This document shows positions 1 through 12,959 of a stretch of 64,000 nt of DNA, one piece after another. This DNA comes from the human T2T-CHM13v2.0 reference genome, Homo sapiens. Both the position numbers and the translations under genes were made by a program. The notes under the pieces are model-generated. The model was not told the DNA's origin. It ran no database searches and saw only the letters and a list, made by a program, of their open reading frames with translations. Position 1 is the first letter of the stretch, and the number at the start of each line of letters is the position of its first letter. The DNA is taken from the NCBI RefSeq assembly GCF_009914755.1, contig NC_060932.1; one strand, 5' to 3'.

Positions 1-606
1 ATAATTGGAGGCAAAACTTAATATCCAGCAGTCATGCACCAGTATGGCCCTACTAGGTTTTTAGTTACAGACCATTCAGAGTATTCAGTGTTTGTATTAT
101 ACAAAGAGATATATATTTTGAAAATTACCTACTCCTAGTTAGAGGTAATTCAACACAGGAACAGTGATAAGTGATGGCAAACTACTCCAGATGCTTAGTG
201 TATCTTTCCTGCTTCCGTGGATTTGTCTATTCCCTAAACCCTGTCATCTGGGTTTCTACTTATCCTGTGGACACTCAATGCTATTTTGTCTAAAATGAGC
301 AGGACTGGTCTCCTTTGCTTGCAAGAATATCTCTGTTCTATCCTACAATACAATGCTTCTGAAAAATAACATTTTTAGAGAAGTTTATAATGAAGAATTA
401 AAGTTGATTAATATTCAAAAATAATCAGAATAACCACAAAATTTAACAATTGTAACAACCATCCCAAGAAATTATCCTAATAAGTAACAATGAAATGCAT
501 TCATTTGGTGATTTTCAGAGTGCTTTTCCATCTATTACCTTACTTGACAATGGCAACAAGCAAGAGAGACCAGAAGGACAGAAAATGTTATTCCAATTTT
601 ATGCAC

Positions 607-957
607 TGGTAGGGTTTGGCTCTGTGTCTCCAGCTAAATCTTACCTTGAATTGAAATAACCCCCATGTGTCCAGGGCTAGACAAGTTGGAGATAATTGAA
701 TCATGGGGCGGTTTCCTTCATGCTGTTCTCATGATGGTAAGTGAGTTCCCACGAGATCTGATGGTTTCATAAGGGTCTTCCCTCTTTGCTCAGCATTCAT
801 TTTTTCTCCTGCCGCCCTGTGAAGAGGTGTCTTCCATCATGATTGCAAGTTTCCTGAGCCCTCCCCAGCCATGCTAAACTGTGAGTCAATGAAACCTCTT
901 TATAAATTACCCAGTCTCAGGTATTTTTTCATAGCAGCATGAGAATGGACTAATACA
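607..957 (+). mobile_element. THE1-family (THE1C/D-like) MaLR solo LTR, inserted into a MIR relic
   Basis: Starts TGGTAGGGTTTGGCTCTGTGTC and ends GAGAATGGACTAATACA, matching THE1 termini. 5-bp TSD with one mismatch: TGCAC (602-606) and TACAC (958-962). Confidence 0.9.
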
Positions 958-1679
958 TACACATACATGATTAGATTGAGAACCAGACATTAATAAGCTT
1001 ACTTTGCCACAGCAATAGTTAGGTACAGGCCTGAGCCAAGAATCCAGCCTCCAGACTGTTGGCCCAGAATTCTTGTAAAGGAAATACAATAAGTTCAATT
1101 TTTCACATGTAATCTGTAAAGGCACAAGCCACATTATCAGCAATTATTGCAATTACATGTGGAAGGAAGGTAAGCAGTTATCCTAGATCTTAGAATAATA
1201 TTTAATTGCTTCACCTGCTTAATGTCTAGTTCACATGGATGGATAAGCACTCCAGCAGCGACCCTGTAGTAGTGTTCTTATTACCCAGTCAGAGTCACTG
1301 GATCATTTGTTAGATAATTTAAAACATTTATTATTTTTCTATAGAGTATATGCAGAAACTTGTATTCAAATGAAACTTTAGACAGATACCCAGAATGTAA
1401 ACAGAGAAGCCCTGATGCTCTGGTTGAAACAAGGACAGTAAGACAAGAGCCCTCCGATCCCCACACTTGTGACCCCTATAACTCAGGACCATGACTCCTT
1501 CAGAAAACTATTGATCTAGCTCTATTCTCATTTTACAAGTGGAAGTATGCAGGCCCAGGTAAATGATGTTGTTTTTGAAGTCAAGCCCCATATAAGAATT
1601 TTATAAAAGACCTGCAGCCCTGATTCACAGAGAAGAGTCTTTTTTCCCAAATTCAGAGGAACATTGGATCTCCAAAGTT

Positions 1680-2124
1680 ATTTTTTATTATTTCAATAGG
1701 TTTTGGGGGAACAGGTGGTGTCTGAGTACATAAGTAAGTTATTTAGTGGTGATTTCTGAGATTTTGGTGCACCCATCACCTGATCAGTGTATATTGTACC
1801 CAATATGTAGTATTTTATTCCTCATCTTCCTCTCATCCTTTCCTCTGAGCCCCCAAAGTCCACTGTATCATTCTTATGCCTTTGCATCTTCATAGCTTAG
1901 CTCCCACTTATGAGTGAGACTATACATTATTTCGTTTTTCATTCCTGAGTTACTTCACTTAGAATAATTGTCTCTAATTATATCCAAGTTGCTGCAAATG
2001 CCATTATTTTGTTCCTTTTTATGGCTGAGTAATATTCCATTATATATATATATAAAATATAATATCTATATCTATATCTATATAGATATATCACATTTTC
2101 TTTATCCACTGGTGATCGATGGGG
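1680..2124 (-). mobile_element. 5'-truncated L1 3' end (L1PB-like)
   Basis: T-rich tail at left followed by antisense L1 3'UTR (..TTAGCTCCCACTTATGAGTGAGA..). Perfect 14-bp TSD GGATCTCCAAAGTT at 1666-1679 and 2125-2138. Confidence 0.9.
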
Positions 2125-2868
2125 GGATCTCCAAAGTTCTATGTCAAAGGAAGGCCCTGTTCAGTGTCTTGAAAGAGGAGCATGAGCAGCCACAGCAGTT
2201 ACACTAGGTTGTATATTCTTCAACCAGTGTGCTTCTTGAGGGCAGTGCCTGTGCTCTCAAACGTGTTTCTCCTCATGGTTAGAAGGACTACATGACTTAC
2301 CTTCCAAACAAGAAAATTTTGAGAGTGAAAAGAAAGCTGTTTATAATTACACCTGAAAAGCAGTTCAGGCCAAACAGAATGTGTAAACATCCTGCCAATG
2401 GTACCTTCATGTTCTGCATAAAAGAGCTATATAGAGGCATTCAGTATTCAGTGGGCTTCATTTTACCCTTAATTATTCAGATTGTAAAAAATTAATTCTG
2501 TACGACTCACAGATCTAACATGGCCCTATCATGGAAGAGATTCAGATTTTCCTTCAAGCACCCTCTTTGCAATATGTGTGCCTCCTTGTCCCATTTGCTT
2601 AAGTAGGCACACACCTGCGTACACATGAAAAGAGTCTAAAAAGTGAGGGGATTTAATTTTGAAATACAAATAGTGAATTTAAAAAAATGCAATTAGTATC
2701 TGTTGAACTCAGTTTTATTAGAGAAGTTTCAATGATGACATTCTGGCTACTCCCTCCCACAACAAAATTTCCACTCTGGCCACATTCACATAACATTTTG
2801 GAGGAAGCCAAAGGCCAAAAGCCAAAGAGCTCTTTTTATGGAATACAGTGACAGGATACTTTTATGGG

Positions 2869-5289
2869 TGTACTAGTCCATTTTCATACTGCTGTGAAGA
2901 CATGCCTGAGACCATGTAATTTATAAAGAAAAAGATGTTTAATGGACTCACATTTCAGAATGGCTGAGAAGGCATCAAAATCATGGCAGAAAGTGAAGGA
3001 GAAGAAAAGGTATGTCTTACATGGCAGCAGGCAAGAGCACATATACATGGGAACTTCCCTTTATAAAACCATCAAATCTTGTGAGATATATTCACTATCG
3101 TGAGAACAACATAGGAAAAACCTGCCCCCTGATTCAATTACTTCCAACCAGGACCCTTCCATGACATGTGGGAATTATGGAAGCTACAATTCAAGATGAG
3201 ATTTGGGTGAAATTTGGCCAAAACAAAGGGGTTACAGGCCCCATGAAAGTCCAAAATCCAGTGGGGAAGTCAAATATTAAGGCTCCAAAATGATCTCCTT
3301 TGACTCCATGTCTCACATCCAGGTCATGCTGATGCAAGAGGTGGATCCCCATGACCTTGGGCAGCTCCACTCCTGTGGCTTCGCAGTGTACAGCTCCCCT
3401 CCTGGTTGATATCATGGGCTGGCATTAAGTGTCTGTGGCTTTTGCAGGCACAAAGTGCAAGCTGTCAGTGGGTCTATCATTTTGGAGTATGAATAATGGT
3501 GGCTGTCTTCTCACAGCTCCACTATGCAGTGCCCCAGTGGGGACACTGTGTGAAGGTTCTCACCCCACATTTCCCTTCAGCACTACTCTAGCAGAGGTTC
3601 TCCATGAGGGCTCCACCCCAGCAGCAAGCCTCTGCCTGGACATCCAGGTGTTTCCATACATCCTCTGAAATCTAGGCAGAGGTTTCCAAAGGTCAATTCT
3701 TGACTTCTGTGCACCTGCAGGCCTAACACCATGTGAAAGCCACTAGGAGCCTGGGACTTGAACCATCTGAAGCAACAGCCTGAGCGGTATATTAGACCCC
3801 TTTAAGCCACAGCTGAGACACAGAACACCAAATCCTGAGACTGCACAAAGCAGCAAGGCCCTGGATCTAGCCCATTAAACCATTTTTTCCTCCTAGGTCT
3901 CCATACCTGTGATGGGAGTGGCTTCTCTGAAGACCTTTGACATGCCCTAGAGATATTTTCCCCATTTTCTTGACAATTAACATTTGGAACTTTGTTACTT
4001 ATGCAAATTTCTGTAGCCAGCTTAAATTTCTTTTCAGAGAATGGGTTTTTCTTTTCTACCACACTGTCAGGCTGGAAATTTACTGAACCTTTATGCTCTG
4101 CTTTCCTTTTAAACATAAGTTCAAATTCCAAACCATGTCTCAGTGAATGAATAAAATACTATGCAGCCATAAAAAAGGATGAGTTCATGTCCTTTGTAGG
4201 GACATGGATGAAGCTGGAAACCATCATTCTCAGCAAACTATCACAAGGACAAAAAACCAAACACCGCATGTTCTCACTCATAGGTGGGAATTGAACAATG
4301 AGAACACTTGGACACAGGAAGGAGAACAGCACACACCAGGGACTGTCGTGGGGTGGGGGGAGGGGGGAGGGATAGCATTAGGAGATATACCTAATGTAAA
4401 TGATGAGTTAATGGGTGCAGCACACCAACATGGCACATGTATACATATGTAACAAACCTGCATGTTGTGCACCTGTACCCTAGAACTTAAAGTATAATTT
4501 AAAAAAATTGAATGCTTTAAAGAGCACTCAGGTCACCTCTTGAATGCTTTGATGCTTAGAAATTTCTTTCACTAGATACTCTAAATCATCTCTCTCAAGT
4601 TCAAAATTCCACAGATCTCTAGGGCAGGGGCCAAACACTGCCAGTTTTTGTTGCTGAAGCATAGCAAGAATTACCTTTGCTCCAGTTCCAGATTAGCTCC
4701 TCCTCTCCATCTGGGACCCAGCCTGGACTTTATTACTATCAGCATATTACTATCAGTATTTTGATCAAAACCATTCAATAAGTCTCTAGGAAGTTCCAAA
4801 CTTTCCCATATCATCTTGCCTTCTTCAGAGCCCTCCAAACTGTTCCAACCTCTACCTGTTACCCAGTTCTGAGGTCGCTTTCACATTTTCGGTTATCTTA
4901 ATAGCAGTACCCCCACTCTCCCAGTACCAAAGTACTGTATTAGTCCATTTTCATACTGCTATGAAGAAATACCCAAGACTGGGTAATTAATAAAGAAAAT
5001 GAGGCTTAATGGACTCACAGTTACACATGGCCGGGGAAGTCTCACAATCTATGAGTGAAGGTGAAGGAGGAGGAAAGGCATGTTTTACATGTCAGTAGGC
5101 AAGAGAGTGTGTGCCCTTTATAAAACCATCAAATCTTGTGAGACTGATTTACTATCACGATAACAGCATGGAAAAAACGTGGCCCCTTGATTCAGTTACC
5201 TCCCACCAGGTTCCTCCCATGACAAGTAGGAATTATGGGAGCTAAAATTCAAGATGAGATTTGGAAGCAGACACAACCAAACCATATCA
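2869..5289 (-). mobile_element. Near full-length THE1 (THE1C-like) MaLR element: LTR-internal-LTR
   Basis: LTRs at 2869-3209 and 4936-5289 with THE1-int sequence between them. Perfect 5-bp TSD ATGGG at 2864-2868 and 5290-5294. Confidence 0.95.
4155..4507 (+). mobile_element. 5'-truncated L1PA4/5-like 3' end nested in THE1-int
   Basis: AATACTATGCAGCCATAAAAAAGGATGAG...GTACCCTAGAACTTAAAGTATAA plus an A tail. THE1-int sequence resumes on both sides. Confidence 0.92.
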
Positions 5290-5637
5290 ATGGGGTGCCA
5301 CTGCCCTCATTATTACCTGTCTGTTCTCCTTAGATACAAAGCAAATGACTTTCTGACCTGTTAACTCTGGGTCTTGGTTTGAAATAATCACTTTCTTTCA
5401 CCACTTAAGTGATTTGTGTTCCCACATTTACACTGAACACCAATCACTGCAGCCCTGCATAACATTACAATTTTAAATTCAGAAAAATGAGTGATTGTTT
5501 ACCTAATCAATGTGTGCTTTCATGATTCCTATATTCCTTGTACTGACAATTTGTTGATGATACTACAGAGGTAGGATAGCATTGTATAGAAAATAAAATT
5601 AACTTTTCACATCCTTTATTATTTCTTGATCATATTT

Positions 5638-6308
5638 TGGATTTTGGACTTTCATGGGGCCTGCGGCCCCTTTGTTTTGGCCAATTTCTCCCATTTGGAA
5701 TGAATGTATTTATGCAATGCCTGCATATCCATTGTATCTAGGAAGTAACTAGCTTGCTTTTGATTTTTACAGGCTCATAGGCAGAAGGGACTTGCTTTGT
5801 CTTAGATGAGACTTTGGACTTGGGCTTTTGAGTTAATACCAATATGAGTTAAGACGTTGAGGGACTGTTGGGAAGGCATGATTGTGTTTTGAAATGTGAG
5901 GACGTGAGATTTGGGAGGGGCCAGGGGCAGAATGATATGCTTTGGCTGTGTCCCCACCCAAATCTCATCTTGAATTGTAGCTCCTATAATCCCTATGTGT
6001 CATGGAATGGACCCAGTTGGAGGTAATGAAATCTTGGGAGTGGTTACCCTCATGCTTTACTTGTTATAGTGAGTGAGTTCTCACAACATCTGATGGTTTC
6101 ATAAGGGGCCTTTTCTTCTTTCGCACAGCACTTCTCCTTCCTGCCACCATGTGAAGAAGGACTTGTTTGTTATCCCTTCTGCCATGACTGTAATTTTCCT
6201 GAGGCCTCCCCAGCCATGCTGAACTGTGAGTCAATTAAACCTCTTTTTTTAACTAATTACCCAGTCTCTGGTATGTCTTTATTAGCAGCGTGAGAATGGA
6301 CTAATACA
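5638..6308 (+). mobile_element. THE1D-like 3' internal fragment plus complete 3' LTR
   Basis: THE1-int 3' end with polypurine tract GGGAGGGGCCAGGGGCAGAA, then an LTR at 5933-6308 (TGATATGC...GGACTAATACA). Confidence 0.9.
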
Positions 6309-6328
6309 TAAGTATATATGTGTATGTG

Positions 6329-6386
6329 GATATAGATATAGATATAGATATAGACATAGATATAGAGATAGAGATAGAGATATATA
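6329..6386. repeat. (GATATA/GAGATA)n microsatellite
   Basis: Directly visible tandem hexamers. Confidence 0.9.
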
Positions 6387-7189
6387 TGGATTAGAGCCAC
6401 ACACAGGAGTTATTATATAGGAAGTAGCCATGCTAATAATGTAAAATTGCTTTTTCATATCTCTTTTGGAACTTATAGATTCTCTCTGAATAAATGGCTT
6501 CGTAGAAAATGTGAATGAAAAAATGTGACTTCAATGATCTGGAAGTGAACAGTGCTCAGGAAATATCACCAAGCCATGACACCATCAGTCTACACACTTT
6601 GACATCTATCAGTGGATATGTGAAAGGGTGTTAAACACCCTTCCCATTCTACTTTTCCTCTACTCCATCCCATACTTTACAAATCTTTATTTCTTTGCTC
6701 ATGCTTATAATAAAAATCACCCCACAAAGAAATGATTCTGATTGCTGGCCAAGTTTAGCATTTTGAACATGTCTAGCTTGGCACATGAACAGAGCTCCCT
6801 GTCCACAGAATGGCAGCAAATACATATGCTGCAATTTCTGGGCAGTATTTGTTCTTCAATCTCATTTCTTTCCTAGCTGTGCCAACTTCTGGGTATGCCC
6901 AAACTGAAACCCTAAGATTGCTCTAAAAACTAATTAGATAAAAAGTTGAAGGGGAATGAAAAACTGGAAAGAAAACAAAAAATTAAATATGCACTCCCAT
7001 TCTTCCCCCTCTCCCTCTACTCTCTTTCTCCACTTACCACTTTTCATTTGTGTTAGAATCGTTTACTTTAAGACTGCGGAGAAAAAGATATATTCATTTC
7101 ATCCTCAAAAAAGAAGCTACAGGTCCAATTCGTCGTAGATTCTTCCTAGGATAGACTAAACTAGATTACTAAAAGCAAGCAAAGCATTA

Positions 7190-7334
7190 AAAACAAATTA
7201 CAGACACACTCATGCAGCTGGTCCTAAAGTTGCAACTGACATTATCTATTGGCTTCTTCCACCAAATATTGTATTATAGATTGCCCTTTCCTTAGGCCAA
7301 ATGTTCCTGTTCTAAGATGTTTGGTTAATGGCTC
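7190..7334 (-). mobile_element. ERVL-type internal region, 3' piece (continuation of the 8579-11030 relic)
   Basis: Reverse complement resembles the end of the ERVL dUTPase/pol region. It is separated from the main relic by the L1 at 7348-8565. Confidence 0.45.
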
Positions 7335-7347
7335 AGGCTTTCATCTT

Positions 7348-8565
7348 AAAAAAAATAAAAAATTTAAAAAAACTTTCAGGTTTAGGGGTACATGTACAAG
7401 TTTTTTATATAGGTAAATTGCATGCCATGGAGGTTTGGTGTGCAGATTATTTGATCAGCCAGGTAATAAGCATAGTATTTGATCCTCACTCTATTCCCAT
7501 CCTCTACCTTCAAGTAGGCCCATGTGTCTGTTGTTTCCTTCTTCGTGTCCATATGTACTCAATGATCAGCTTCCACTTATAAGTGAAAACATGTGGTATT
7601 TGGTTTTCTAGTCTTATTTTACTTAGGATAATGGCCTTGAACTCTATCCATGTTGCTGCAAAGGATGTGATCTTATTGATTTTTTATGACTACATAATAT
7701 TCCATGGTGTATATGTAACACATTTTCTTCATGCAGTCTACTGTTGATGGGAATTTACATTGATTCCACATCCTTGCTATTGTGAATAGTGCTGCAGTGA
7801 ACATATGCATACATGTGTCTTCATGGTAGAACAATTCATATTCCTTTGGATATATACCCAATAATGGGATTGCTTGGTCAAATGGTAATTCTGTTTTGCG
7901 TTCTTTGAGAAATTACCAAACTGCTTTCCACAATGGCTAAAATGATTTACATTCCCACTGACAGTATATAAATATTCCTTTTCTCTCCACAATCTCATCA
8001 GCATCTATTTTTTGACTTTTTAATAGGGGCCATTCGGACTGGTATGGGATGGTATCTCATCGTGGTTTTGATTGGCATTTCTCTAATGATTAGTGATGTT
8101 GAACATCTTTTTATATGCTTTTTAGGCGCATGTGTGTCTTCTTTTGAAAAGTGTTCATGAGCTTTGCCTGCATTTTTTATGTGGTTGCTTGTGTTTTGCT
8201 TGTTAATTTGTTTAAGCTTTTTATAGATTCCGGATATTAGATAACTTTGTCAGATGCAGTTTGCAAATATTTTCTCTAATTCTGTAGGTTGTCTGTTTAA
8301 TCTATTCATAGTTTCTTTTGCTGTATAGAAGGTCTTTGGTTTAATTAGGCCCCATTTGTCAATTTTTGCTTTTGTTGCAATTGCTTTTAGCATCTTTATC
8401 ATGAAATATTTGCCAGGTCTTATGTCCACAATGCTATTTCCTAGGTTATCTTCCAGGATTTTTATAGTTTTAGGTTTTATATTTAAGTCTTTAATCCATC
8501 TTGAGATGATGTTTGTATATGGTGTAAGGAAGAGGTCCAGTTTCAATTTCAATCTGCTTATGGCT
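7348..8565 (-). mobile_element. 5'-truncated L1 (L1PA13-16-like): ORF2 C-terminus plus 3'UTR
   Basis: Minus-strand ORFs [26 protein letters not shown] and GIYPKEY..CMHMFTAALFTIA are ORF2p. Degenerate 13-bp TSD: AGGCTTTCATCTT (7335-7347) and AGACTTTTATCTT (8566-8578). Confidence 0.9.
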
Positions 8566-8578
8566 AGACTTTTATCTT

Positions 8579-11030
8579 CAGTATGGGTAAACCCTTCCTT
8601 TTTCTGCCCATGTTGGGTTGCAATTGCTGCAAATGCCCATTAGCAATTATTACCCAGCATAGTAATACTAAAATCATCCCAGGGAAATTCCCATGTCTCA
8701 AACATACACAATCTTATCCCTGTGGTAGAATAACAACCCAAAATCATTTCAGTAATCAATATTGATTATTCCAGGCAGTGAATTATCTTCTTTTTGGCTT
8801 GCTTATTCACTGTCCTCAGGGCCTGTAGTATTAGTCACAGAACCCAATTCAGTGGGAATTACTACATTCCCTGATGAAAATATTTCTTGTCTGGAACCAC
8901 AGCCTTCATCCTAGTCATGCCTAATATCATGAGCATAGGAAGCAAAAATTGTCTGAATAGGTTCTAGATGTGATGGTGAGAGGGGCCACTCCTACTTATT
9001 CTCTTTGGTTCAAAGTTCTGGGGGAGCACAATGTTATGGTAACTGTTGTGCCACATAGCAGCTATTGTTTCAATGCATGTACGGTATACTAGAGGATATG
9101 CTCCTCAGTTCCACAGAGGATTGTCCTAGTGCTGGTGCTGTATGTGAGCCTTCAACTGAGCCAACCCAAAATTCTATTAGACTGGCTACTTCTAAGTGAT
9201 AAAGTACTTGGTAAGTCAGTGAATTTTATGGTCATGATCTCGTTGCCATACTTTGTTGATGTAAAATTGGTCCCCTGTTCAGACAATGTTTCCTAAAATA
9301 ATGTGATGATAAGTAAGGTATTGTAAAATCTATCACTGGCAAAGAAAGCAAACCTGAGCCCAACATACATATTATTCTGAGAAAGCCAAATTTCAGCCTC
9401 TTCTGTGGTAGTCAGACAGGTGGCTGGCTTGTAATTTCTAGAAATGGCATCATGTCAGTCAATAGTTTTTGTTGGTTTCTGCTGCTGGCATGTTGGGCAC
9501 TCAGGAGAGGCAGTATCCAGCTTAACCTAATTGAAAAAGAACGATTATACTGAGACTCATGTGCAGTCTGCATCTCTACTTTAATGGCCGCTCTGGTCTA
9601 GTTATGAACTGACTGGGGAAACACTGAAGTGGTTAGAGACACAGGATAGCTAATATCCACAGGATAGGTCATCTGGTCCAATTATGTTAGATGTTCTCCT
9701 CCATAATGAATGCTCTCTCCTTCACACTAATGGGAGAGGTAGTAGTTAATGTATTTTGTACTTCTCCCATATATCACTACACACCTTTTACAAGACCCTA
9801 CTATCGCATGCCTTTCAGTTCAGTGACCCACCAGGGAAGCAATTAGTACTGCCCAGGACCCAGCGTTTATTCATAACTCAGGCCCTATGTCTCTTCATAC
9901 AAAGTAGTTGATTGACTATATTGTCTACAGTTCTAACTACTGAAAAGATTTAACTTCCTGAATTAAGCTGTAATGAAACAACTAGTTTCTTCCTCGTGTA
10001 AACATATAACACCAACCCATTTGTAAAAGAAGTCTAAGGCCTTTCTCCTCCACATTTTGACATAGGTAATCCCCCATAAGCTCAAAAGTATGAGCCGAGA
10101 GGATAATATCATGCAACAGAAAGAGGTAACCTAGGAGTCTAGACTATCTGTTCCTGCAATTTACCCATGCCTTCTGGACCTGCTTTAGTTTAATGCCAAA
10201 TGTAATATTTACATTATACAATAAATTGCTGATATTCCTACCAAACTTATCTGATAATACCTACTTTATGATGAGAAGCTCAGCTCATATAATCTTTTGG
10301 GATTCTGCGGTCAGGCACTTAATCTCCACCAGGGTCTAAAAGAAACTGGGAAATGTATTTTCCAATGGACATTAATTACCTGATAAGAACATGGCTTTAC
10401 TACATAATCTTAGGTATCTGCCATGGAGCTTGCCAGAAACTCCAAACATCATCATTATCTACCACAAATACCATTAATATGCTAGATCATAGGGTCCAAG
10501 TAGCATGGGTAATTATACTGGTGCTCAAACATAATGCAGAGCTTTTCCTTACTCAAGGGCCTCAAAACTGTTAGCTTTTCTCGTTGCCAATAAATGAACC
10601 CTATCAATATACGCAAATGCAATACATGTTACTTCCAAATCCCAGAAGCTTCTTGCTACATTCATAGTGATGCCAGTAATAATAGGAGTTGTAGGAACAA
10701 AAACTTGTCCTCAACCTCAGAAAAGATGTTCTGATAAGCTTCAAAACACTGGACTTCCAAAGATATCAGCAAAGTACCAGCAGCCTGAATGTTCAATGGG
10801 TCTGTCTTAAACTATCTGGAATGTACTTGTCTTACTTGATCTGTAGGTTCTTGCCACCTTCTCCTCAATGGGTCTAAGGATCCTTATATGTTATATATAA
10901 TATTGGAACAATTGAAGTCATTGTGAAATATAGGAAGACAGCAGAAGAGTTAACATAACTCTGGAGCAAGCGTATGAATGTATATGGTTGTTTCTGCCTT
11001 ATAAATATAAATACCCTCTGACTGATGATG
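8579..11030 (-). mobile_element. Ancient class III (ERVL-like) retroviral internal relic: RT, RNaseH, integrase, dUTPase-like region
   Basis: Minus strand near 10940-10990 translates to QPYTFIRLLQSYVNSSA (compare ERVL RT QQYTFTVLPQGYINSPA). Near 8960-9010 it reads GAATAAGTAGGAGTGGCCCCTCTCACCATCAC, resembling the ERVL integrase C-terminus. Heavily degenerate, with no open frame. Confidence 0.7.
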
Positions 11031-11074
11031 GTTATCCAGCAATATAATGATAAATGCTTAACAACTGTATCTCA

Positions 11075-11187
11075 AAAGGAAAAAGAGAAGGGAGACAGAG
11101 ACAGAGAGAGAAACACACAGAGAGAAAGATAAGGGGAGAGAGAGGGAGAAAAAGGAAATGAAGGAAGGGAGGGAGGAAGAAAAGAAG
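11075..11187. repeat. GA-rich low-complexity tract
   Basis: Visible polypurine run. Confidence 0.8.
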
Positions 11188-11679
11188 TCTGGATTTTAGT
11201 GTTTCCCAAATTTACTGGTGTGTTCCAGCTTTCATTGTGATATAGCTAAGCAGAGACATTGATATTATATCATCAGTGTGTTGACAACAGAAAGGCAAAA
11301 GCATCATTTGTCACATAGCCTCTATAAGACACCAGTCTCTCTATAAGACTAAATGTGGTTTGGGTTCCTTAGGGAATCAGAATTAACTTAGTATCATATA
11401 TAGCTATTTTCAAAAAGCCTAGATATTCATCTTTTCCTAGACAAACGTCATTCAGCAAATGGCAGGACCCTTTGAAGAAAGATCAGTGGAATATTACTGA
11501 AGCTTTTGAGGAGTTTTCCTTAACATAACCTGGCTTCTCTTTTAATCACAGGCTGCAGGTCTGTGAACTGACTTTGACTCAGAAACTATGTGAACAATCA
11601 GTTTTCTAATAGTGATATCAATATCACCCACCACCCACTGCCTTCTCTTCCTCCTCCTCCTCATATTTCCTTTTCTTCT

Positions 11680-12120
11680 TCAACAGCTTTATTGAGATAT
11701 AATTCATATACCATGAACATCCCCCTTTAGGGTGTACAATTCAATGCTTTTAAGTGTATTCACAAACTTGTGCAACTATCACAATCACAAGAAACCCCAT
11801 CCCCATTAGCAGTTATATCCCCATTCCTGTCCCTCTCCAGGCAACCATTAATCTATTCTCTGTCCTTATCAATATGACTCTTCTGGACACTTCATATAAG
11901 TGGAGTTATACAGTATATGGTCTTTTATAACTGGTTTCTTTCACGGTGGCATAATATTTTCAAGGGTTATCCATGTGGAAGCAAGTAGATCAGTATTTGA
12001 TTATTTTTAATACCAAATAACATTCCATTGTATGTATATAACACATTTGTTTATTCATTTGTCAGTAAATGAATATTTGAGTTCTTTTCAATTTCTGGTT
12101 TTTATAAATAATATTACATC
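11680..12120 (-). mobile_element. Old L1M (L1MB/L1ME) 3' end
   Basis: AACAGCTTTATTGAGATATAATTCATATACC.. is the typical antisense L1M 3' terminus. Confidence 0.8.
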
Positions 12121-12343
12121 ATCAATTATATCATACCAAATCAATGAGAGTACCTGTTCTGATTAGTGACTACTTCTGTCTCTGAAGTGCTCTTCACCAA
12201 CAGCAGTCTTTTAAAAAGTAATTTTGGTTATCTTGAACAGCTTTTTAAAAATCATATCCTCCAAATTTTGTATTGGCCATATTCCCCAAATTTGGCAGAA
12301 ATTCATTCAAGTCATTTTCACAGGATTAAAAAAATAGCAGTTA

Positions 12344-12947
12344 GAGTGTAAATCAGTTCAACCACTGTAAAAAGCAGTGTGGCAATTCCTCAAAGAGCTA
12401 AAAACATAACTACCATCTGACCCAACAATCGCATTACTGAGTATATACTCAAAGGAATATAGATTATTCCACCATAAAGACACATGCACGTGTCTGTTAA
12501 TTGCAGCACTGTTCACAACAGCAAAGACCCAAATCAACCCAATGCCCATCAATGGTAGACTGGATAAAGAAAACGTGATACATATACAGCCATAATGCAA
12601 CCATTAAAACAGAATAAGAGCATGTTTTTTGCAGGAACATGGATGGAGCTGGAGGTCATCATACATAGCAAACTAATGCAGGAACAGAAAACCAAGTACT
12701 GCATGTTCTCACTTATAAGTGGGAGCTAAGTGATGAAAACACATGGACACAAAAAGGAAAACAGCAGACACTGGGGCCTGCTTGAGGGTAGAGGATGGGA
12801 GGAGGTAGAGGAACAGAAAAAATAACTATTGGGTACTAGGCTTAGTACCTGGGTGACAAAATAATCTGTATAGCAAAACCCCATGGCATGAGTTTACCCA
12901 TATAACAAACCTGCACATGTACCCCTGATCCTAAAATAAATTGTTTT
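12344..12947 (+). mobile_element. 5'-truncated L1PA13-15-like element
   Basis: ORF2 end plus 3'UTR (..AACAAACCTGCACATGTACCCCTG..). 12-bp TSD AAATAGCAGTTA at 12332-12343 and 12948-12959, next to a TT/AAAA endonuclease site. Confidence 0.9.
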
Positions 12948-12959
12948 AAATAGCAGTTA

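Noticed and set aside
6624-6642. Palindrome AAGGGTGTT-A-AACACCCTT
   Set aside because: 9-bp arms are plausible by chance in 64 kb and there is no supporting context.
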